This document shows positions 57,735-64,000 of a stretch of 64,000 bases of DNA, in pieces. A program made the position numbers and the translations under genes. Numbering within the stretch: position 1 is the first letter of the stretch; the number at the start of each line of letters is the position of its first letter. Where the stretch lies: IMG/VR virus record IMGVR_UViG_3300035698_011365, positions 1-64,000 of that record; one strand, 5' to 3'. This stretch comes from a virus. The notes under the pieces are model-generated. The model did not search any database and had not been told where the DNA came from. It worked only from the letters and a program-made list of their open reading frames with translations.

Positions 57735-58145
57735 CTATGAACCAAATAGATTAGAATTATCTGCAAGTTCTTTTTCAGGAGTGCCTTCAAGTAGGGCATC
57801 TTCTTCTGGATCTGGGTCAGCAATTTCTTCAGTGACCGGTAGTTCCAGTTGTTTATCGTCTACAGGTGCCTTATCTACATGCACTTCTGCAGCAGGTGCG
57901 GCTTCTGTAGCTTCAGCAGCTCTTCTAGCTGCCATTTCTGCTCTAGTAGCCCGTTTACGCTTAACAGGAGCTGTAGCGGTTGCTAGAGCGGGTTTAGTAG
58001 TCTCTTCGACAATAACAACTTCTGCTATATCATCAATGATTACAATGTCGGTTAAACGACCTTGAAAAGATGGATTATGTTTCTCAATATAATCCATTAC
58101 AGCTTGCTCCATTTCAATAGGAGATAGGTTTACTTTAATTTGCAT
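57735..58145 (-). CDS. N4 gp47-like protein
   Basis: MQIKVNL...E.EQAV.DYI, KRKRATRAEM, C-terminal NLFGS. Confidence 0.75.
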   Translation of the reverse strand: MQIKVNLSPIEMEQAVMDYIEKHNPSFQGRLTDIVIIDDIAEVVIVEETTKPALATATAPVKRKRATRAEMAARRAAEATEAAPAAEVHVDKAPVDDKQLELPVTEEIADPDPEEDALLEGTPEKELADNSNLFGS

Positions 58146-58152
58146 AATATCC

Positions 58153-58629
58153 TCATACTATAAATGTTTGAGAGGCATAATGAGCTAACATTAGTGCATC
58201 TGATTTACCATCCTTCAATCCGCCTTTAGGCCCTCTGATATTTACATCAGGGTAAAGCCTTTCACATATTACTGCTACGTCTTGCTTGATGGTTTTGCTT
58301 TTGGCTTTGATTCCTATAAATCTCTGCCATACTTTAGGCTGAACTAAGTCAATTGATAATCCTACTATAGAGGGGATTACATTGATCTTTTCTACATTAC
58401 GCCCAAATGTAAAATTAGACTTTGCCGACATTCCAAAGAGAGTATGTACGTCCTCGATCATCACTATAGCTATGGAATACTTCTTTTTCTGTACACTAAG
58501 CCATTGAGCAATTTCTCTAGGCTTAGTGTTATTGGGGTAGAACTCTACATATTTGGTAGAGGGAACTACAAGACAGTAATATCCTGTAGCTCCCGGATCA
58601 CACCCAATAAATGCAGTAGGCTCAATCAT
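58153..58629 (-). CDS. RuvC-like Holliday junction resolvase
   Basis: FIGCDPG, MIEDV, SNFTFG, PKVWQ, DGKSDAL. Confidence 0.9.
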   Translation of the reverse strand: MIEPTAFIGCDPGATGYYCLVVPSTKYVEFYPNNTKPREIAQWLSVQKKKYSIAIVMIEDVHTLFGMSAKSNFTFGRNVEKINVIPSIVGLSIDLVQPKVWQRFIGIKAKSKTIKQDVAVICERLYPDVNIRGPKGGLKDGKSDALMLAHYASQTFIV

Positions 58630-59372
58630 TAACCAAATAGATTGGCGTTTACGGCAGCGTCTGCTTCTGGAGCTGCAGCTGCTTTAGGAGTACCTGCGGT
58701 AGCACCAGAAGAACCAGCATGTTTAGCTAGTTGCTTTGTAACGCCTGTCCACTTATCTGCCCATTTGTGAATGAATACTGCTTCAGTTGCACTGGCTTTG
58801 ATTTCAGTTTGGCTTAGGCTATCAGCTGCACGAAAGAATCGATCAGCTTTATTTTCTTCACGGGTTTCACCAGTAGGAGCATAGCCATTATCACCAAGAG
58901 CTGTTTTATCAACAACTTGCTTGATCATGCCAACTTTAACTGGTTGATTGATGAGTTCATTAAGAACATTAGTTTTCTGAGAAAGCTCACCTTTAGTGTC
59001 TTTGTCCCAGCGCTTAACGACCTTTTCAGTTTCTGTAAGGTCTTCAAGGTTCATACCAGCAACTACTTGTGCTAATGAAGTAGCTAGAGCAAAGTCAGCT
59101 AAAACAAATTCTTTACCAGTTTTCTTATCAGTATAAGTAGTTTTGTTGCCTTTAGAATCACCAGAGATAGGGTAAGTAGTTAGGCGAACCAAAGCATTAC
59201 TACTAACATCACGAAGATGTAGAGTTAAGCTTTTGGCACCAGATGCTGTTGTATCTGAGTAAGCCATTTCGATCATCATATCGTAAAGGCCGCTCTCAAC
59301 CATAAATCCACCGCCAACTGTATCTTTAGTTACGGCTTCATCAGTAGTTTTTGCATTAGCGAATGTGGTCAT
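58629..59372 (-). CDS. ssb: Single-stranded DNA-binding protein (N4 gp45-like)
   Basis: DTVGGG..ESGLY, SGA.SL.L, TGETREEN, C-terminal NLFG; start reassigned to MTTFAN after AAGGA. Confidence 0.9.
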   Translation of the reverse strand: MTTFANAKTTDEAVTKDTVGGGFMVESGLYDMMIEMAYSDTTASGAKSLTLHLRDVSSNALVRLTTYPISGDSKGNKTTYTDKKTGKEFVLADFALATSLAQVVAGMNLEDLTETEKVVKRWDKDTKGELSQKTNVLNELINQPVKVGMIKQVVDKTALGDNGYAPTGETREENKADRFFRAADSLSQTEIKASATEAVFIHKWADKWTGVTKQLAKHAGSSGATAGTPKAAAAPEADAAVNANLFG

Positions 59373-59394
59373 ATTATTATCGTCCTTATTAAAA

Positions 59395-60111
59395 TTAATC
59401 GTAATATTCATGTAACCGGTCAGTAACCAGTTGCACATCGTTGTCGATGAAGGTTTCACTCACATCCCACATAGACATAGGGCTGCGAATAGCTTCATCA
59501 ATAGTGTTCCGAGTCAATTGAGTCTGGAATACATATTTAAAACCTAACGCTTCTTCTTGAGGCGTTATGTTTAATAGTTTGGATTTATATGGCTCTAAAT
59601 CCGTGATAGGTACTTTTTTGGTGCTGATAACAGTAGAGAAATGACTTTCAATACCGGTATTCATTAATGAGCCTTTCACTTTAACTCTGGTTTCCACGTC
59701 CAGAGTCTTTTCATTAGTGATGCTCAAAGTATGTCCTGTGAAAATGACATTCTTGGTTGAGTTAGCCACATACTGACTCAATAATACTTTAAAGAATTGG
59801 GCATAATCTCCCCAAGCCTTCATAGTATTTGGAGAAGTCAGTACATGGATAGACTCATACATGTCCATCATAAATGTTAAGCTATCTATGACGATAGTAT
59901 GTATAGCGGGGTGGTTTTCAGCTTCAACAAAGATACCTTCTATTTTCTTTGGATCAGTGATTGTTTGCTCACGGAATCCAGACTTAAATGGAAGTTTCTT
60001 GTTGTTTTCACAATTGAGGTAGATAACTCCAGCAGGGTCTTTAAGATTTCTAAAGGCTGCTGATTTACCAGTGGCTGATTTACCACTGATTAATACTAAA
60101 TGGTCGTTCAT
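59395..60111 (-). CDS. AAA/Sak4-like ATPase (N4 gp44-like)
   Basis: GKSATGKS Walker A, IVIDSLT Walker B, YLNCE..K.LPF. Confidence 0.92.
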   Translation of the reverse strand: MNDHLVLISGKSATGKSAAFRNLKDPAGVIYLNCENNKKLPFKSGFREQTITDPKKIEGIFVEAENHPAIHTIVIDSLTFMMDMYESIHVLTSPNTMKAWGDYAQFFKVLLSQYVANSTKNVIFTGHTLSITNEKTLDVETRVKVKGSLMNTGIESHFSTVISTKKVPITDLEPYKSKLLNITPQEEALGFKYVFQTQLTRNTIDEAIRSPMSMWDVSETFIDNDVQLVTDRLHEYYD

Positions 60112-60138
60112 TATTATTCCTTATGGAGTTTACGAAAA

Positions 60139-60153
60139 CCTGCCGAAGGCAGG
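60139..60153 (-). promoter_or_regulatory. Class II hairpin CCTGCC-GAA-GGCAGG
   Basis: Intergenic between primase and ATPase genes, preceded by AAAA. Confidence 0.6.
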
Positions 60154-60154
60154 A

Positions 60155-62302
60155 CTATATATCCCTTTTATGAATGGCTTTAGAAGCTGAGACCATGATA
60201 GTACTGAGGATCTCATTTTCATTCATTTTATCTGGGAGCTTATTATTTAATCCTATAACACTGTTCTGCACTGCGTTTAGATCCATACCGGAATCCACAA
60301 GCATTAGAGCGTATTTGATTAGTTGGTTGCTTCTGTTGCCTGCAGAAGTATTATTTACAAACCAGCGTTCTACATTGTTTAGTGATTGCTGACTGTCGAT
60401 AATTCTCTTTCTCTCTTCATTCTTAGTAGTCTGAGGAATGAATAAGAGAGAATTAAGCAAATCACCGGTATTATAGAAATAACTTCCATTATGAGACATC
60501 CACTTCCTTGATCGTTGGATTGTTTGTGCATCAGCTTCGAATGGAAGCCATTCTAATACATTAGTCATGAATCCCTTAAATTCATTAGCTGATAGTTTTA
60601 GGGTATGTGACATAGGCATTATAATCCTAAACCTGTTCGTTGTAGTACTGTGCCGTTTAGTAGTATAAATAAGGGATGTGTAGTCCTTTAACAGCAGTCT
60701 CGCTGTGTCTAGACTTACTCCGCCATCTATGTCCAATACTACCAGATTAAAGCCCGGAAGTACATTTTCTTCTTTACGATAATCATCAATTAAATGATGA
60801 GAAACCCAATGATAATTAGGGGCTTGAGTGAGTTTATGTAGCTCAGAAAACACACCTTTTTTTGGTACATAGCCTTCTGCTAATTTAGTACTATATGCTA
60901 CAATTACTTCTTTAAGATCGGTCTCTGCTAGAGACTCACCTCTAAGAAACTCAATACCATCTGTTATCTGTTTCTTGATGATAATATTGTTTTTATAGCC
61001 ATGGGCAATGGCCAGAGTCATCATTTCTCTCTTTTGGTTTTCAGATCCCTTATAGAAAGGGAGATCCTCAACCATATCAACATGAGTGACCTCACGGCCT
61101 GTATTAGCTATGTAGTTAGCTAGTTTCACATAATTACGCTCTCTGGTAAGTAAATCACCAAAGGCCTCTCCTGAGTCCTCTACAAGCTTAATAGCGCTAT
61201 AGAGATGATCTTCAGTGACTTCCGGAGATCCATCAATAAATGCATAGGTTCCTGCAAGCTTAAGAGCTTTAAAGTAACGGTGATCTAGTTCAGCTTTCTT
61301 AATCTCTTCGTGATCAGAAAGACTAGCTGCTATTTTCTCACAACGCTGTTTATATTCAATGAGAAGTAAACTTACATCTTTATCAATATCCAGTGTGGTA
61401 CCAAAGCAGATAGGATGAGCCAAATTACCTAAATCATTAGCCAGAGTCTGTAGAAAAGTACTTGCTGTATTATCAGTAAGCATATCATAGATCTGTTCTG
61501 GAGTTAGATTGGTTTCTTTAGTGGAGAGTTTAGTATATCCAAAGAGACATCGACGGGCGTATCCTGTTTCTAACATGCTATAGAATTCTTCTTCCACTCT
61601 GCCGCCATTTAACAATTTAGCAGGTGTTCCGAAGAGCATCATATTAGTAGGAGTCTTCCCGTCGATTTCTTCGCCACGAAGATTCTCTTGGGTATTTTTG
61701 GTTAGTTTTTGTTTGACTTTACCGACATCAAATAGTTCCAGAAATGTATTGAGAACATCAACATTACCTAAAAGATTTGAACCAATTTCATCAATTTCCA
61801 TATTCATAGAACCGCAATCTGCCATAAGCAGTTTGTGCCTCATTTGTTTTACGGCTGCAGTAGTTCCACTATCAAATGAGAAGGCTAGGTTTCCGAGCTG
61901 TTCAAATTCTTTCTCTACTCGAAGAAGCTCTTCACCTTCATCACAATTTTTCTTAGTGGCTCGCTTGATAGCCAGCTTTGCTAGATTGCCTTCACTAATC
62001 TTAATAAAGGTTTCTTCTAGGAAGCGCTCTTTAAATACATTAATGACTTGCTCTTCAACAATATTAGTAGAGTGGCCTTTACCTTCACCAGATGAGGCTA
62101 GATTGAGAGCATATACATTTACAGGGATCTGGCCTCTATCATGTGTTTTGATTGTGGTTCGCATCATAGATGCTACTTTGGTAAAGTAATAAGATACAAG
62201 TACTCTGAAAAAGAGTCTATTTGTGCTCTGTGTTTTTTGACAAAGAACATCAACCAACTGGTCAGAAGTTTTATGATAATCCATTAAATCATAAGTTTTC
62301 AT
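60155..62302 (-). CDS. DNA primase (N4 gp43-like; AEP with PriCT)
   Basis: SGEGKG, VVLDIDGG, YTTKRH...RFRII, GNRSNQL. Confidence 0.93.
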   Translation of the reverse strand: MKTYDLMDYHKTSDQLVDVLCQKTQSTNRLFFRVLVSYYFTKVASMMRTTIKTHDRGQIPVNVYALNLASSGEGKGHSTNIVEEQVINVFKERFLEETFIKISEGNLAKLAIKRATKKNCDEGEELLRVEKEFEQLGNLAFSFDSGTTAAVKQMRHKLLMADCGSMNMEIDEIGSNLLGNVDVLNTFLELFDVGKVKQKLTKNTQENLRGEEIDGKTPTNMMLFGTPAKLLNGGRVEEEFYSMLETGYARRCLFGYTKLSTKETNLTPEQIYDMLTDNTASTFLQTLANDLGNLAHPICFGTTLDIDKDVSLLLIEYKQRCEKIAASLSDHEEIKKAELDHRYFKALKLAGTYAFIDGSPEVTEDHLYSAIKLVEDSGEAFGDLLTRERNYVKLANYIANTGREVTHVDMVEDLPFYKGSENQKREMMTLAIAHGYKNNIIIKKQITDGIEFLRGESLAETDLKEVIVAYSTKLAEGYVPKKGVFSELHKLTQAPNYHWVSHHLIDDYRKEENVLPGFNLVVLDIDGGVSLDTARLLLKDYTSLIYTTKRHSTTTNRFRIIMPMSHTLKLSANEFKGFMTNVLEWLPFEADAQTIQRSRKWMSHNGSYFYNTGDLLNSLLFIPQTTKNEERKRIIDSQQSLNNVERWFVNNTSAGNRSNQLIKYALMLVDSGMDLNAVQNSVIGLNNKLPDKMNENEILSTIMVSASKAIHKRDI

Positions 62303-62679
62303 TTATCATCCTTGCGTATAACTATTGGTGTACCTTTAGGGAGCATATCTCTGTCAATCTTACCTGACCATACTCTAGCTAAAGCAGTGCGAGATTTATT
62401 AGTACCAAGTTGCTCATTGATTTTATCAGTGAGATCCCAACCAGTAAGTCTCTTGACTCCACGTTCTTTTGCAGTGTTGTTCCAGACTAGGAACTGTCTA
62501 TGAGCTTCTATAATGAAGTCATACATATACTGTGTGAGCTTAGTGGTGTCTCTTCTCTTACGAGGTCTCCGAGGAGCAAAAGATTTCTCTTTAGTGAAGA
62601 ATCTATTATGGACTAGTGAAACAGGATTATAAATCCTTATCAGGCGGGATGCTCCACCTAATTTTTTACGAATATTCAT
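62299..62679 (-). CDS. Basic putative DNA-binding protein
   Basis: RRDTTKLT...LT.KINEQLG.NKSRT.LARVW HTH-like pattern. Confidence 0.65.
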   Translation of the reverse strand: MNIRKKLGGASRLIRIYNPVSLVHNRFFTKEKSFAPRRPRKRRDTTKLTQYMYDFIIEAHRQFLVWNNTAKERGVKRLTGWDLTDKINEQLGTNKSRTALARVWSGKIDRDMLPKGTPIVIRKDDK

Positions 62680-62689
62680 TTTGGTTTCC

Positions 62690-63676
62690 TTAAAGTGTTA
62701 AAGTGCCATCGAGAATATAAATGTCTTTTTGCTGACAGATAGAGGTTGCATCACAATATCTACATTTCATTACCATACCTTTAACGGTATCGACTACACC
62801 CACATTACCATCTTGATGAAGACGGCTTAAAGCGTCATTCATATTATCGAAGTTCTTAGTGCTTCTAGCTTTCTTTTGTGGGTTTTTGTAATATTTGTAA
62901 GTAGGAGCAGATCTCCATAGATCTTCATCATTACACTCAGGCATTTTCTCTTCTGGTTCATTCTGATATTTAGCAATATCATCGATTTTATCTTCAACAA
63001 ATCTTTGAACATCAGCAACAGGCATCAGTTCCATTTCAACTTGCTCAATCTTATTCTTAGGATACTTAGGATTAATAAGAACCTGTGATTGAGTCCAGTT
63101 AGTGAAGATATATTGAACGGCCATCCGGTTATTAGTGATAATTGTTGGATTGAGCCATCTGTATATGCTGCCTTGCATGGCAAACTTCTTGTTATAGGGG
63201 TCTTTTACATAAGCAAAGGTACTGGTTGATTTAAAATCTTCCAGTCTACCTTGCATTACTAAGTCGAATTGACCGGTAACAATCACACCTTTGACTATTT
63301 TACTTGATCTCTTCTCCATATAGACAGGGATGAGGCTTGGATCGGCTTTTAAAGCTTCCTCAGAGGGGTTAAGTACCACTTTTGATGCAACTGACTTAGG
63401 ATAACCTAAATCAAGCATAGTGGCCTCTATATCGCCTTCCCAAGCATTTTCAATACCTGAATGGATTGCTTGACCAATACGACTAGCTGCAAGTGAGTTC
63501 ACATTGATAGCTGTGTCTTCTGGTTTAACTCTACCAGAGAGTATAATTTGCTTAGTAGAATTAAGTAAAGTAGTAGCACTTATAGAGTTTGGATCGGGAT
63601 GCGCATCATAGCCACTAGAAGCAAGCCAAACTTTCATAGAGAGGGGTACGTTAGAAGGTAAATTAATTAATGCCAT
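62690..63676 (-). CDS. PD-(D/E)xK exonuclease (N4 gp42-like)
   Basis: ISATTLL, TGQFD...EDFKST, QGSIYRWL, C..C...C. Confidence 0.9.
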   Translation of the reverse strand: MALINLPSNVPLSMKVWLASSGYDAHPDPNSISATTLLNSTKQIILSGRVKPEDTAINVNSLAASRIGQAIHSGIENAWEGDIEATMLDLGYPKSVASKVVLNPSEEALKADPSLIPVYMEKRSSKIVKGVIVTGQFDLVMQGRLEDFKSTSTFAYVKDPYNKKFAMQGSIYRWLNPTIITNNRMAVQYIFTNWTQSQVLINPKYPKNKIEQVEMELMPVADVQRFVEDKIDDIAKYQNEPEEKMPECNDEDLWRSAPTYKYYKNPQKKARSTKNFDNMNDALSRLHQDGNVGVVDTVKGMVMKCRYCDATSICQQKDIYILDGTLTL

Positions 63677-63685
63677 TATTTGTCC

Positions 63686-64000
63686 TTAGTTGTCGAACCA
63701 GAATATTGCCCTTATTTTTTCTGGGTCATTGTCTGTTTTTGATAGGAGTTTCTCCATAATATCATAGGCGTCTTTTAAGCCAAATAATAGAGATTTCTTA
63801 CCTTTTCCCTCTGGAAGAAGAGTTGTTCTTAATAGTTCTTCCTTAAGCTCTTTCATGGTGATCCAAGAAGGACTATGAGCATCTTCCTTCCATGACTGAT
63901 AATACTTATATATACGAGGATCACAATCTTTAGGGATTCCTCTACGATCTCTAGCGTGGATGTTATCAACACGAACTCCGGCTAATAAACCAAATAATTC
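63686..64000 (-). CDS. Conserved phage hypothetical protein, 5' truncated
   Basis: LAGVR...RGIPKD...AHSPSWIT..EL...IRAIFWFDN* family motif. Confidence 0.75.
   Translation of the reverse strand, partial: ELFGLLAGVRVDNIHARDRRGIPKDCDPRIYKYYQSWKEDAHSPSWITMKELKEELLRTTLLPEGKGKKSLLFGLKDAYDIMEKLLSKTDNDPEKIRAIFWFDN

Noticed and set aside
15896-62503. Many antisense or alternative-frame ORFs in the track (e.g. 19500-19886, 20715-21140, 53124-53534, 56097-56549, 61698-62189)
   Set aside because: They are shadows of long, well-supported genes, with no RBS or motif support. Only the o-spanin overlap was kept.
1-64000. CRISPR array, tRNA genes, integrase, transposase, reverse transcriptase/DGR
   Set aside because: By eye I found no repeat-spacer periodicity, no cloverleaf with a T-loop and no matching protein motifs. 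tRNAscan and Rfam were not run.
1-64000. Alternative genetic code or stop-codon readthrough
   Set aside because: Core genes are full length in code 11 and use TAA, TAG and TGA as stops; the lipoprotein/protease pair is out of frame

Overview
This window is about 64 kb of an AT-rich N4-like (Schitoviridae-type) lytic phage genome, apparently from a circularised assembly with the inferred genome ends near 12.75-13.7 kb. Leftward (1-12.7 kb) lie early and middle genes: a gp2/Drc-like ssDNA coactivator, the two RNAPII subunits, and many small accessory genes. Rightward (13.9-57.6 kb) lies the late block: an extra fibre/adhesin module, terminase, tail fibre, lysis cassette, portal, scaffold, major capsid protein, tail tube, ejection proteins and a 3719-aa virion RNA polymerase. 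Leftward again (57.5-64 kb) lie resolvase, SSB, AAA ATPase, primase and exonuclease. The most unusual observations are: (1) six tandem paralogous small proteins between the RNAPII subunit genes, plus a short 'ELKKLI'-type helical tag shared by about 12 otherwise unrelated proteins; (2) a gp54-type tail tube expanded to 777 aa by 14-residue repeats; (3) two separate classes of triloop DNA hairpins and back-to-back ssi-like hairpins near the terminus; (4) host-surface genes, namely a collagen/YadA-like autotransporter and a lipoprotein plus LapG/BTLCP-like protease pair; (5) a fibre module in which one domain seems split across two genes. All homology calls come from recalled motifs and synteny; no searches were run.
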